Shown: positions 39,617 to 52,784 of the stretch, piece after piece
Layout of the letters: every line of letters begins with the position of its first letter
Position numbering within the stretch: the stretch's first letter is position 1
DNA from: Tubiluchus corallicola
Taxonomy: Eukaryota > Animalia > Priapulida
Direction: 5' to 3'
Assembly (NCBI GenBank): GCA_030141605.1
Contig: JAQGDQ010001100.1
Span: 1-62,727 of the forward strand
Length of the DNA stretch: 62,727 nt
The notes under the pieces: model-generated
The model's input: only the letters and a program-made list of their open reading frames with translations
Database searches by the model: none
Told to the model about the DNA's origin: nothing
Position numbers and translations under genes: made by a program

Positions 39617-40137
39617 AGCAAAAGACAAGGTACTTAGCATGTTGGGTTTATTTTACAGCTATCACTTAAAGTTAGAAAAGTATAACAAAGAAATGTGCAA
39701 AAAGTTGTCTATGAAGCGTAATTTGTAAAGAAATTTTCATGCGCGGTGGCAGTTATTATTCGCTTGAAGGTCGTGACGTAACTGGGAGACTTCGTGACTT
39801 TTCGTAAGCGTGCGCTGCTTAAACTCATTCGAACTTCTGCAGTTTACATAATGTTTATCTAGAAATATCACAAAATTAGCTATGTAGTTTTTTGTAAAAA
39901 CCTACTATACTTTTGACACAAATTGACTGTCCACTGCTTTTCTTCAGCCGATGAACAACGTCATTGGTGGAAGAATGGACATTCAAAATGGGAGCGCCCA
40001 AGCTTAAAATCATCACGATTTTAAAGTGATAGTACTAACTACACGAGACGCTTATCACGCTTTTGGTACTAAATCATTTTAACATTTCACGCAATCATTG
40101 AATTAAACCTGGCTTTCCAGAAGGCTTGACTTTTCCT
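39617..40137. mobile_element. TTAA-MITE related to family D
   Basis: TTAA|AGCAAAAGACAAG ... CTTGACTTTTCCT|TTAA; 39990-40085 resembles the reverse complement of the family D TIR (23200-23295). Confidence 0.75.
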
Positions 40138-40625
40138 TTAATTTGAGTGGTTTGCCTATCTTTAATACTACGATGTGTATTGATGATGTACTGTTATGTA
40201 CAAAAATGATATTTTTTTATTGTATCTGGTTGTTTTTCTCCATTATATTGTCAGGATTATTTTGCCAGGTATCAGGAGTTTGTTTTCTGAAGCATTCGCC
40301 TATGAGCCATTATATCAGGCAGACAAAACATCGTGTTTTAAAGCGCGGAAAATATTTTGTGAAGAGGCTGATTATTGAAGGGCTTTTACTTCTAATTTGC
40401 GAGGAAATGAACCTCCATGCATTTTCTCTCGACATGGGCGCTGGGATTATTTTATTTCGAAATTGAGTTGCTTTTATTACAGATGTTATTACGTAATTTA
40501 CGTTAGCCAAGTTGCTACACTTTGGGTACCCTGATGATAGCCTGCTTAAAATTTTCTTAAATTGTCTTAAATTTTCTTAAATTTCGCTTCTGTTAACTAC
40601 TTATTTAGTGCATAATAGGCTGCAC

Positions 40626-40760
40626 GCCTATATAAGCTGGTTGTATGTTTGTAAATTTACCACTGATGATAACAGCAGTAGTCTGTCGAAACGTTTGGCA
40701 TGATTTTAACTATATAAAGTAAAAGTTTTTTTTTTATAAAATTGTGTTGTTTTGACATAA
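40626..40760 (+). mobile_element. Penelope-like terminal-repeat fragment with minimal hammerhead ribozyme motif
   Basis: CCTATATAA, then CCA-CTGATGA-T-AACAG..CTGTC-GAAACGTT-TGG; second copy at 43421-43550. Confidence 0.7.
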
Positions 40761-42234
40761 TTTATGATGCATAATTTGGCACTATTTTTGCCTATTTTAT
40801 TTCCACCAAAGAAACCTGAAAAACGCAGTCCCAAATGTGCAGGTATATGCCAAACCGAAAGCACTATGATATAAGATAAAGTTTTGTAGGGGCTGTACAA
40901 CTGCGTGAAGTCGATAGACATGATAAAGGATTATTGAATCTTTCGTGAAGGTTTTGCAATGACTTGCGTGTTTTGATACTGAGTCACAACGACTTTCTGT
41001 AAGAAGTAAAATCTTTTTGATGGTTATCTCAATAAATTATATACACCCGCATTAATGTAGACGGTTTTTGTATGGGATTCTTCCGCTGCCCTAACAACAC
41101 CCAGAATGGCATTTTACATACGAGATTCTAGATATGAGGGTAGGTGAACAGCCGAGTGATTACCAAGTCACACCAGCATGGTTTGCAACTGGATTGGTGA
41201 CCAGCTAGTTCACTATTCGTCCTGTAATGCTATTTGTTGTTATTTAAAGGTCTTATGACACTGTTTTTTATGTTATTTTCTTTTATAGCATAGGCGGGAT
41301 TACATATTTCCTAATTTTTAAAACAGTTTTGATGCCGCATGTATGTAGTCATAGATGCGTGCGCTCTGGCTGTCTTTTGTCTGTAGAACAGCCAGAGTTT
41401 TGAGGAAAGTGGATCTGTTAGAGAATTTTGAGGAAAGTGGATCTCTTTGTTCCCCAGAATAAACTCGACGGGGAGTATATAAAAAGATTCAAGTGATGGT
41501 TTCTGTTTAGAGAAAAATGCTGTAGCCATTGTTGGAGGGAATAGAGCTCTCTTTGTTCAGCCCCTGTTCACCCCTGCTCGCATGCAAACAGCATGACAAT
41601 GGTCGTCTCGAACTGAAGAGGAATTTTCCGTCGCAGCGCCATCTATAATAGTTTCGTGATGGCGGGGTTGCAGACACGTGACTGCTGCATTGTTTCAAAA
41701 GCATGGGTGATATATGATTTTTCTGACAAGCCACTTAAACGTTTGTGTGGAGTTTGTTTATTTCATTTCTATTGCGAACTTCAGTTCATCATTTGTGAGA
41801 TACCCAAGTCTGGTGCCGCCCCTCGCATTGATGCCTGTCGAAATTGAAAATTGGGCAATTTTATATTTCGTCTTTGCAACCTTCTGGATAGCACACCCAC
41901 CCTTTCTATGGCTCAGAATTACTACAGCAACAATTTATGATCAACAAAAGAATATTATAAAATACCAGTTTAGTGCAGTAATCTCACATAATGACTACAG
42001 TTAACTGTTGATGGTAGAGAAGTTGAAGTAGTTGCCACATCTCTGTAGCTGAAATAAATTTGATTTAATTCAAGTGTTCATGTTAGTGACCCTGCGTTTC
42101 TTATGAACTCGACATCTTGAAATTGAAATTGAAGCGAAAATTCTTTGGAAACTAATAATTGTGTTTAAAAAGAGCTATAAGACTAAATAAAAGTGGAGAG
42201 GTTGTCAGTTTTGAATGAGAGAGAAAGGGGGGGG

Positions 42235-42235
<1 letters not shown>

Positions 42236-42289
<54 letters not shown>

Positions 42290-42297
42290 TGCGTGCG

Positions 42298-42370
<73 letters not shown>
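42236..42370. repeat. (GT)n-(GA)n compound microsatellite
   Basis: Dinucleotide runs. Confidence 0.98.
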
Positions 42371-42371
<1 letters not shown>

Positions 42372-42741
42372 GGCGGGGGGCTGTTGGCTTTTGCTTCTAT
42401 TCGCAATCTCAGTCATAATAACTAATTAAATTCACTAAGTTGGGCTCTAGACTAGCAGGGCTGATTGTGAGTGTGGCATCTCACGCAATCCTCAGTAATT
42501 GGCATTTATGAGTAAAGAGGTAAACGTGTTAATAGCTGATATGAAACACGTCACGTGCATGTGCAGCCAGTATTATTTCCATCACACATATGGAAATGAC
42601 ATGCAAACAAATCGAGCGGCGATACCGTCGCCGGTAAGGAATCGCAGACTTACTTTAAAACACGGATGAATGGGCGGCTCAATTTTGATGAGTGCTTGCA
42701 AAGAATCAAGCATGTGATCAAGAATGTAATGCGGCTTAATT

Positions 42742-43053
42742 TGAAAATAATGGCAAATAAAATCTCAGATGATGTTGACATCAAAAACAAAGAGGACAAA
42801 TACAAGATGGCCGCCACCTTGTGTATGCTGCTGTTTAGACTTTCTTCTTTTAAAATGATTAATCAAATTGATTTGCTGAGTGATCTTACTACAGGCTATC
42901 TGAAAATAGCATTTTGATTATGAAATAATGGCAAATAAAAATTAGATGATAATGATATCAGAAACAAAGAGGTCAAATACAAGATGGCTGTCACCTTGCG
43001 CATACACGCCATTGTTTAAGCTTTCTTCTTCAAAAGTGATTAAGCAAATTGAT
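42742..43053. repeat. ~179-bp diverged tandem duplication, each unit with CAAGATGGC (YY1-like)
   Basis: AATAATGGCAAATAAAA...AAACAAAGAGG.CAAATACAAGATGGC...CTTTCTTCTT twice. Confidence 0.85.
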
Positions 43054-43420
43054 CGACTTATTAACGTAATTACGTACGCTTTATTAAAACAGCATTCAGT
43101 TAAATTTAACAGCAATTATTAGCCAGATTCAAAACATCGACGACTAAAGTTCCCGCTGATTGTAAGGGGCACTCGCTAGACGGATCGATCGCAAAGGACG
43201 ATTGCTTTTATTCAAAATAATAGTGTAATCCAACCTAATAATACCAGGAGTGTTTTTGAGTGCTTGTATCCAATTAACATGCTCAATTACACCGTGTATT
43301 CGTCATCGGTGAATAACATTTATAAAAAAGACTGGTCTGCCTTGCTCTGTAGGCTGTAGTCAGTAAGAATTTTCTAAAGGTTTATTAGCAGTTTACATGC
43401 TTATTAGGTAATTAATTGTT

Positions 43421-43550
43421 TTTATAGTTAAAAAACAACTTTATTAAAAACTTTTACATTAAAAAGTTAAAATCATGACAAACGTTTCGACAGGCTGCTG
43501 CTGTCATCATCAGTGATAAATTTATAAACATACAACCAGTTTATATAGGC
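43421..43550 (-). mobile_element. Penelope-like terminal-repeat fragment with minimal hammerhead ribozyme motif
   Basis: Minus strand CCTATATAA...TCA-CTGATGA-T-GACAG-CAGCAGC-CTGTC-GAAACGTT-TGT...AATAAA. Confidence 0.72.
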
Positions 43551-43759
43551 AGAGCCCTGTTGCTCAGGCGATCACAGTAATGTTACAAATGAGGTGCAAA
43601 ATCAGCCTGGCTCTAGGTTCTTCAATCGTCAATTGAAGTTCGGTGGAAATTCAGAGCATTATATGGACCACACTTTTCTCTCACTATGAACAATGCCGTT
43701 TTTCAACAAAGTGCAGCCCCTCCTCTCCGCTCATGGTACTGTGAAAGGCTTTCTCAATG

Positions 43760-43992
43760 CAAGATACCAGACTTGCCATGTGGATATGTCTCTGAGGCTC
43801 TTGATGTCCCTAAAGAAGGTTGTGAAAACAGCAAAGCTACTAGTGCAGTAGTTCTTTTTACATTTTCATCTAATTTGACTAAAAGAATTGCCCAAGATTT
43901 TAGTTCACCTGAACCAATTTTAAAAAATTTTGCTTTGCTTGTTAAAAAATATAAGGAACGCAAAGTGTGTAGTGACTTATGAGACACCCTGT
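43760..43992 (-). mobile_element. Possible Tc1/mariner-type terminus
   Basis: GAGACACCCTG|TA end, similar to 25871-25885; no partner TIR found. Confidence 0.35.
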
Positions 43993-44479
43993 AGGCCTAT
44001 GTACACTTAATTTGTATTCTTCTATACTCATATCTTGGTTTGCCGACAACGCGGGGAGACACGGTTCGAATTTGCCAATTGTCCGTATTTACTGATGCTA
44101 AGCTAATGGTAATGTAGAATCAATCGCTTAATTGTCCCAAAGACGTCTAGTACGGCCCTATGCAAAAGTTTATAAGAACTCTCGGCAATTGTCTCAAATA
44201 ACTCCGCATAATTGATTCTTATGTTTTTATACCTAGACATATACACACGTGGTCACACCGATTATGCGGGGCTTTTAACGGACCAGATTTTATCTGATTC
44301 TTCCGATATCTGTAAAAGCGGAGTCCTGACTCTGACCTTGATATCATTATGCTGTAACATAGCAGAATCTTTAATAGGTACTGTACTTGAGGTTAATCTA
44401 TATTTCATGCCGTGTCAATTAATGGCTACCGAGATTGCTTGAGCTTCGCAGGTGAAACGAATAAAGTGCATTGCGTTAT

Positions 44480-45235
44480 CCCAATACTGCAGCCTAGGAT
44501 ATATTATGGGCCTGGAAATTTGTACATGCAAAAGAAAATTGTCGGTGATAAAGTACAGTTCTCGTTTGGCTTGTGATGATTGATAATATCCTGCAAGTAT
44601 TAGGGCATATGTGTTTAGAAATATATCGTTTTCTCTGCCTTTTGCCCAGCGCCTTCTTTACCTTGATGATATGGTTTTAATAGGTGAACATTTCTTTGCA
44701 AGCTTGTGTTTTCAGTTAGTGCAAAATTTTAACTGTTTTCATTCGACCATCGAACTTTAATGTAGCATTATCAAAACGATATTATACAGAATTTATCGCT
44801 AGTTTGCTGTGTTTTTGTTTTTCCTATTTGCTTGCTTCTTTTCGCATGTTACGTATGCTTAATTTATTCCACGAGTTGGCCTTGTTACATAAAGGTACCA
44901 AACGGCAAATATAAAGCTAGTTTGGGTAATCAAAATCAGATCATTTCTTTTCATGTCTTTCTTTCTAATCAATTATTTCTAATTGCTTCGATGTTCACAA
45001 GTTTGCACAACAGGTGTGACTTCGATAATTGCTAAATCATTGGAGATCTTTCTGTTCAGGTGTTTGCCTTATCATTGTTGGGTGCTGGCATTCAAAAACA
45101 GGTGTCCCTGCTCCATACTTCAAGACCACACCGTGATGACCAGACCGCCTTGTCCATAGTTCACGAGAAATAATTATCGAATTCATAGTCGTTTGTTATA
45201 CTGTCGTCCGCCAGAAAACGAAAATCTGACGGAAT
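44480..45235 (-). pseudogene. Highly decayed LINE RT remnant (tentative)
   Basis: Minus strand FRFLADDS (YADD-like, ~45200) and ISRPIIYPRLQYW (resembles IRPILEY...W, ~44500). Confidence 0.35.
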
Positions 45236-45534
45236 TCGCCGAATTTGCCCGAGGCGAGTGTTCTCTAGCCCATCATGATAAATCAGTCAGACTGTTTCTT
45301 TAGGCATCTGCTTCGCCTAATTGAATTTGTTCATCATTTCTGAGGCTGTTACTGTAACGAATCAAATTCCGTTTTTCCTTCGAGACGCACATGGGGACAG
45401 TTCCTCTGCATCCGGGCATTTTACACATCTTTGGCTGAAATCTCTTTTTGTTTTTATAGAGTTGCAGTTTAACTAATTATTAGTTCTGACGCCAATTATT
45501 CTTTTATTATCACTCTGCACTCAGCACTCTCACC

Positions 45535-45598
45535 GTGGAGAGACTCAGTCTATTTTGTAAATCCACTGCCAATAAATAAAGTTTAAACTAAACTAAAC
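45535..45598 (+). mobile_element. Non-LTR retroelement 3' tail fragment with AATAAA and (TAAAC)n
   Basis: Matches 17362-17420 in the opposite orientation. Confidence 0.6.
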
Positions 45599-46279
45599 AG
45601 AGCTAATTATATGGGGGGGGGGCTAAATTTTAAGATAGGTTTACCGTTGGCGTGCAAACAGAGTGGTGAAAATTTCTTGTCACGGCCAGTTAGCACCGGA
45701 ACCATTTTGCTTAACAAGACAAGTACCCTGCCTTACTGAGCAATCGACAATATGATGGAGAGATTATGCATTAATTAGTCGTTAACTAAATTTTATTTGT
45801 GCATTGTGTGTAATTTTGTTTCAAGGACGAAATTATTTGTTTTAAAGTTGTAAATGAGAAAACACGTGACGTCCTCTATCTCTGTTCTATTTGTCGTGAA
45901 TGGTTGCTAAAAATGGCGTTTACAAAATTATGCCTGAAATTGTGTCCATATGCAGAAATCGGTCATCTAAGGCCTGGCCGACAGTAGTTAACATCTATTC
46001 ATCTATGGACGTTTTTAATTATCTTTTAAACGTTTTAGTAAAGTACTACTAAAACATAGTGAAATCTAATTTATGATGTGAAAGTAACATACATCACAGG
46101 TGACATGTGAAAGTTTCCCATATCAGTTAACGCCCTGCAGGTCTGACTTGTCCTCGGGCTGAAGCTTCTGCAGGGCAGTAGATTATCAGAGTCATACTCG
46201 TGATTGTTGGCAAATATTTTTTTATTTATGAGCGTGCAGTATCGCTGGTGCCTAAAATTGCTTTTTAAAAGCACGCTAA

Positions 46280-46800
46280 ATCACATAATCTAGTTTAGCT
46301 CTCATTTGCAAACCTCGCAGTCTGGCAGCATGGCGCCACTTTACTGTCAGAAATTTGTTCGCTCGCCACCTTAAACAATTATGGTCAGAACGCTGTTAAT
46401 TTCGTGGTGGAAAATTTTACACTTTGCTGTGTTTTATGTGCCTTATTTGACGCGTCGGCGGCGTCGAGTGTTTATAATTATTTAACAGTGTAGCGGGCTG
46501 GGAGTGTCCCCTTGCCTAACACCTGAAAACCGCTCGCACTTTGATCATTTGTCACTAAGCATACATCTGTCTCAATCATATCAATATGCACGTTGTCCCC
46601 TGTTTGCTTTGCTTTCGTGTAGACAGGTTATATTTGTACGTAATGAATAAATAAAACGATTTTTGCTTGCAGAAAAACAGGGGAAAGAGTGACGCCTTGT
46701 ATGGCACCTGCATGTGTTGTGCTTATTGCTATAAAGGAAGTCTACACGATTACATTTAACTGATTGCTCAAAGTACATAATAAACGGGTTTTTATGACCC
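46280..46800 (-). pseudogene. Decayed LINE reverse transcriptase fragment
   Basis: Minus strand SGVRQGDTPSPL at ~46490-46530 matches RT motif GVRQGDxLSPL; upstream VDF. Confidence 0.55.
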
Positions 46801-47394
46801 ATTTTGCAAGTAAAAAGCGTCATATAATCGGAATTTTATTAAACTAAACCATTCTGTATATCGAATTGCCAGAAGAATAATTTGCTGGCTTTTTACAGAC
46901 TGTTCTTTTGCTGCCGATTTATGCACCAGTGTCGTTTCTTTTACGTCATTTCACTTATTTGTGTATTTAGGTTTGAGGGTGTTTGCAGATATCTTGTGGC
47001 TGTTAAATTATGGTTTAGGATTTTGACAGACAAACAAAGTATATGGTTTAAAGGACTGTTTATGTAATTTTGTTTTGGACTTTTAGTGACTGAACAAAAT
47101 ATAGTTTTGTATTAATGGTGGATGTTATGAGTTATTGGCCAAAAGCCAGCTTTACTGTTGTGAAGCTCACGATTCCACCACTTTGTTTAATTGATTATTA
47201 GTTTATTATAATTGGTCATAATTATTATTAGCATCATTGTACATGCATTTCTAAGACATCAAATTAAAATCTCATACAAAGAACTCACTAAACTTCAGCT
47301 ATAAAACTGGTTTATTTCTTTGTTTACAGTTTAAACTTTCGTCATTGTATAGAACCTTGAACTAATATGCATAACGTTTTCCTTTAGTCATTTT

Positions 47395-47614
47395 CTGGCT
47401 TCTTTTCACTACCTGTATAGATAGTTTTACCTGGCAGTTGGCTTCAGAGATTCACATAGAACACTGCTGGCTTCTTTTCACTACCTGTATAGATAGTTTT
47501 ACCTGGCAGTTGGCTTCAGAGATTCACATAGAACACTGCTGGCTTCTGCTCACTACCTGTATAGAATGCTTTACCTGGCAGTTGGCTTCAGAGATTTACA
47601 TAGAACACTGGCTT
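47395..47614. repeat. 72-bp tandem repeat, 3 units
   Basis: CTGGCTTCT...ACTACCTGTATAGA...TTACCTGGCAGTTGGCTTCAGAGATT.ACATAGAACACTG. Confidence 0.96.
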
Positions 47615-48263
47615 TATTATTTCTCATTTGTTAAAAATAAAATATATGTGATATAAGCAACTCACCGTGCATTCTACTTTGTTTCTGGTGCAGTTTTATT
47701 CTTCCAAAGAAGCAGTCTTTCAGCAGAAATCTTTAGAATTCTTCATACTTGCCAACCACGTATTGTTTTGTGATCATCTATCCGAGTACTAATCAGACGC
47801 CCCCTGGGGCGATTACTAACTTGGAAACTGCTACATTTATGTAAATTGAGACCTCAGACCGTCATTATAATAAACGATTGTTATTGCCATCACTTTTGAT
47901 GCACTTAGCGATTCTATTCGAAATAATTTGATTACTTTTTATGGAGAATTTGATATAGACCCTTAAAACCTTGAGAGCGCTGTGGGACCTCATTGATAAC
48001 CTCACGTTGTAATGTTTGACCATTATGTGACATTTTCAACGATCACTTCGGTGTAAATTGTGGCGTCAAACTAATTAAGCCTGTCTTAAGAGAGATGCGT
48101 ATTTTAGAAAATGGCAAATTTACTAGCAAAGAACACCTGTGGTTGAGCTCCCACGAGGGTGATTCTTACAGGCGTAAATCATGGACAGAACTGGGCATGG
48201 TGACATTTACTAAGAACCATTTATTTAGCATGGAAAATACAATCTACCTGTGAAAGTATTTAA

Positions 48264-48612
48264 AGCAAAACCGGACCCTATCTTAAACTCTTGGTCAAAA
48301 CAATCTACTCTTTAAAAGATTGAAAGGAAACAGAATTATTACCACACAAACACAATTTCACGTTCGCGTCACTAGTTCTTCACTGTTACATGCATTTCGC
48401 CATTCGCTAATTGGATGGGCACTAGCGCCTGCATTTCGGAAACAGGTGCTGTACCTCTTATTTCAGATGTGTTAGTTTGTTACGAACTGCACACGTTCGA
48501 CAGCTCATGCGTGAGCACAGCGGTAAATTTAAAACTTGCCTAGTTTTGGTACAAAACACTGAATATCTTACAGTAGCACTGTACTTCAATTTTTGTTTTC
48601 GTAAACACGCGC
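48264..48612 (+). mobile_element. TTAA-MITE family A, 3'-truncated copy
   Basis: TTAA|AGCAAAACCGGACCC; colinear with 1674-2090 with deletions. Confidence 0.88.
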
Positions 48613-49982
48613 TGTTTAATGCTGTTTAATCATTACAGCATTGTCTTGTTACATTAATATAATAATAATAGTTACATAATTCATCTACAGGCCCCCATGA
48701 ACTAATTATACCTTATACTATGTAAGGGGCGTGTGTGAATTGCAACTTGGTCCTACACTCACCTCACATAAGCTACACACACCTCACATATTACCATTTG
48801 CTCATTGGTAATATTACTTTTATAATTGTGTTTTAGTTTTATGCATGAAATAAAATAACATAGGTCATAGTTTCACTTTATTCACATCGCACGGATTTTA
48901 AAGAGAATTCAATAAGCTGTACTTTTTCGTTTTGGCATTACATAGAACATACCAAAGCAATTCTGTTGCTTCTTGTTCATGCATGTAATAAACTCTCTGA
49001 CCCTTAGTGATTGTTTTTAATCTGTTAAGCACTCTTAATATGACATGCAGAGGTGCAGGGATTTTCCGTAATAGCGCTTCCGGCCTGACTTCCATTTTGA
49101 AAAGCGGTTTTTATAGGCCAATGCCAACAGCTTCTAAAACGCCTATAATAGTAGCCTAGAAAAGCATTGTCATGGCAACCAGGGTCACTTTAGAATTTAT
49201 GAAAATTAATCCAGGTTTCGTGACGGTTTTACGACTATTGAAATGGGCGACGCTGGATGCCCCACCGGTGAGGAAACCCATAAATTCCCCTGGAAAGTGT
49301 GGTTTAATTTTCATAAAATACGTCCATTGTTTCGTTTTTGAATTTTACATTGTTCTCACGCATTCTTTTGCGCCGTCTCGCTGATGACAAAAGTGTAGGC
49401 GGCATGAGACCTGCTTTATTGAGTTGGTTGTTAGGGAAGACGATCAGAAAAAAAAGAGTTGAGGAGCCCCATGCTAAGTACCACATCTGTTGCTGCTGCT
49501 GCTGCCAGTTTTCAAAATGAACTCAATGGACGCCCCAAGTTGCAATTTTGGAAATCCTATCTCTTGTTTTCCTTTTAGTCATGCGCGTTCTTCGTAAAAT
49601 GGAAGTAAACTAAGATGTTATTTTGTATGACAGCAAGGTGCCTCAGTGTGTCTCTGTGTGTGTGTGTGTGTGTGTGCGTGCGTGTGCGTGCGTGCGTGCG
49701 TGTGTGCGTTTTCAGTTCTACAAGTCATAAGTAAATTCCACGGCAGTTTATTAAACGACAGTGATGTGTGCAGATTAAAGTTTTTTGGGGGAGAGGAGAT
49801 TATTTTTAATCTCGCAATACCTGTCTACGGCATGGTTGTTAGGTTAACTCTTTACTCCGTCTAGCCTGAGTTGAGTGACGTGGTTGCATGCTATGTAGAG
49901 GAATTTCGCTTGCATTTGTCACCATTGGACCATTTTTGAAAGAACAATGATTTTTTTAAATTTTACATTATAGTTATATTAA

Positions 49983-50529
49983 AGGAAAACTGGACGATTG
50001 TTTAGACTCAATCTCATTTTAATTTACTGTCTAAAATATACATTTTCTTGCCTATAAAAGTTAGCAATTGTTTCTAATATATGAATAATTAGCTTATAAA
50101 GTTAATTAACCAACGGCAACTGAACACAGCTATCGCTTACGTCAGAGACTAGCCAACGTTTGTGCAATGGTAGGTATCTTCCCTTGCGCGTCAAGCATGT
50201 TTGAGTAACTGTTACTGCTTAAACGCGTGATGTCACGAAAATGGGCTTTGCGTCATATGACTTCAGAAACTAACACTGCAGTTCATGATCATAGTTATCA
50301 CAGTATCGCCTTCTATTTGTCGGACATGTGATACGCGCATGTGACAAAAAGGCGCCGCTGCTAATCTTAGTAGATTCGCTGAGCCGCGCGTATAACAAAA
50401 TTCAAGTATCCGAGGTAATTATTGTTTAATCTAAGCTTTGATTTAAAAAAGCTATTGGAGTTTTCAATATTTTAGAGCATTCTTTATTCTGAACTAATGT
50501 TTACACTAATGTTTTCATCCAGTTTTCCT
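49983..50529 (+). mobile_element. TTAA-MITE family C, full-length copy
   Basis: TTAA both sides; perfect 12-bp TIR AGGAAAACTGGA / TCCAGTTTTCCT. Confidence 0.9.
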
Positions 50530-51023
50530 TTAAAAGACCAGGTTATCTTATCATGAGGGAGTGAGCAAGTAAGTAAATACATGGGAAGTTATGAAGATGC
50601 TTTCATATTCATTGAAACAATTTTTTGTTTTAGCGGTTTGATCAGTGGAACAGCCTCTCTGTACAAATTTTTTATCTCGGTGAGTTAAAAGAATTATTGA
50701 GATAATTGTTACGCCATTATTTAGACTAGACAACACATTGTTCTTGCATTGTGAGATTGCATGATGCATGGTAATTTTGAGCACACCGTGAACCAGTCAT
50801 GACCATTCTTTCCCTTTAATTACGACTAATTAATGAATAAATGCTGACCAATGTTTCCGGGCAAACCCCTATCATTGGTCTGAGAAGATGTGGATTGGTC
50901 GCAATGGGAGGGGGCTGCCCGGTTGGGATAAGCATAATTTGTGTTACTTTTATGTATTCATTAGGTAAACCTGTACTTTCTCTTCCGTAGCGTCTATTAC
51001 ATTACACAGTCTTTTCACCTTAA

Positions 51024-51498
51024 AGCAAAACCGAAGCCAATGTTAAACTGTAGGTCAAAACACTAGACGGGCACTAGCGCCTGTATTTCGGAAACGCATT
51101 ACACAAAAACAGGTGTTGTACCTCTCAGTTCAGACGTGTTAGTTTGTGATGAACTACGCACGTTCGACAGCTCATGCGTTAGCACAGCGGTAAATTTGAA
51201 TATTTATCTTAAAACTTGCCTAGTTTTAATACAACACACTGAATATAGTATTATAGTAGCACAGTACTTCAATTTTCGCTTTCACAAACACGTGCAAAAC
51301 GCTCGTGGAAGGTTTTTGTTGTTGAAAATTATGTTAGTTTGTGATGTCATCAATAGTTGGGCTCGCCCGCCGTTAACTAAGTTTTTAATCTATTATTTAA
51401 TTATCAGAAACGCTTTTGCAGTATTAATTGTGCTAAAATGTATACTTTTTATCGGACTTGAAAATGAGGTAGTATATGAAAAATCATCCTGTCTTGCT
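51024..51498 (+). mobile_element. TTAA-MITE family A copy with internal deletion
   Basis: TTAA|AGCAAAACCG ... ATCCTGTCTTGCT|TTAA. Confidence 0.92.
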
Positions 51499-52052
51499 TT
51501 AAATGTCTTCCAACTACATTTTTGGGCGTCCTCGCCTGTTTGTTGCATCGCACTTTTGAAATATACGCATTGAACTACCCACCCCTTTCAGTAATGGACT
51601 CGTCTAAGTACAGGCATTTAGGGAGGAAATGTATTACATGCGTGTACATCATAACATTTCCTTTCAAATCCATGTTGCACTGCAATTATCTGCCGTACCT
51701 GTAAATATCTTACCTGTATACCTGTTTGGTAAATTCTCAGTCGGATGGGCTGGCCTAATTACGTTAATTAGCGGAGGCTGACGAGATGGGGTTATTATCG
51801 TGGTGTGAGATCACGAGTTGTGGACTCATTAAAGCTTTTCTGAACGTCACATTGCTACTTCTTTCCCACGATTTGATGAGGTGTGCGTTAAATACCACTA
51901 CACATCATTAAGTTGATCACTCTGTGAAGAGTTTAACCCTTTCCGTGAAAAACGGGTGATGTTATATGATGCAAACGTGTCCGTTTCTTTGTGATGCGGC
52001 TTTCGTTTCGGTTGCTGCTTTGGTACGAATTTGTGGTAAGCTTCAACGGGTA

Positions 52053-52222
52053 AAAAGACAAGTTTAAAGTATGTCTCCTTAAAAACTTCCCCCACAAAGT
52101 TATTACTTTGCTTTATGGTTGCCCGCTAGAAAGACTTATGTAATTAGAAAAGAAAATTCTTGGTAATTTTTAAAATGTTCCCGTCATCCGGTAAAATGTT
52201 ACTGACTCGCCATCCCAGTGTG
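52053..52222 (+). mobile_element. TTAA-MITE family B fragment running into (TG)n
   Basis: AAAGACTTATGTAATTAGAAAAGAAAATTCT...ACTGACTCGCCATCCCAGTGTG. Confidence 0.75.
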
Positions 52223-52240
52223 TGTGCTTGTGTGTGTGTG

Positions 52241-52272
<32 letters not shown>

Positions 52273-52423
52273 TGCGCACGTGTATATAAGATTTCATTCG
52301 CACTTATTACATATAATAACAGTGCAATTCATCAATATTTGTTAGTAACAAGTTACCAGAATATTTATATTATTAGTTAGTTATAACTTAATACATAATT
52401 TGGCGAATTTCTTCATACGAGAA

Positions 52424-52522
52424 GTGTGAGGATTCATTGCATGGAAATGTGTTGTTCTTTTTCCTGTGTGAGGATTCATTGCATGGAAATGTGTTGTTCT
52501 TTCTCCTGTGTGAGGATTCATT
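52424..52522. repeat. ~42-bp tandem repeat, ~2.4 units
   Basis: GTGTGAGGATTCATTGCATGGAAATGTGTTGTTCTTT. Confidence 0.9.
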
Positions 52523-52784
52523 GTGAGTCAGAGGATGCTATGGTGAGGCGTCAGTGGCAGTGAAACCAGTGAAAGTAAATACTTGTTTCCTAGCTATTTC
52601 CTTTATGACGTCACAAATTGTTTCATGACATATCAGCTGTTGTGTTGTCAATTCCAGGCATTTTTCAATACACAGTAGCAGCCGTTTGCAGTGCGTTAGT
52701 ATAACGATGCAGGGCCCAAATAAATGACACCTCTATGTGTTATAATGGATACCAGGAAAGATTGGTACATTTCAATTGAATTAT

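Noticed and set aside
41150-41230. ACTGGATTGGTGACC, reminiscent of the 5S rRNA C-box
   Set aside because: Too short and diverged to call 5S rRNA or a 5S-derived SINE
47425-47585. TTACCTGGCAG in the 72-bp repeat matches the U1 snRNA 5' end; 24-aa periodic ORF
   Set aside because: Only 11 nt match, no U1 stems or Sm site follow; the ORF results from a unit length divisible by three
51136-51573. 145-aa ORF
   Set aside because: Lies within a family A MITE copy and is not open in other copies; no transposase motifs
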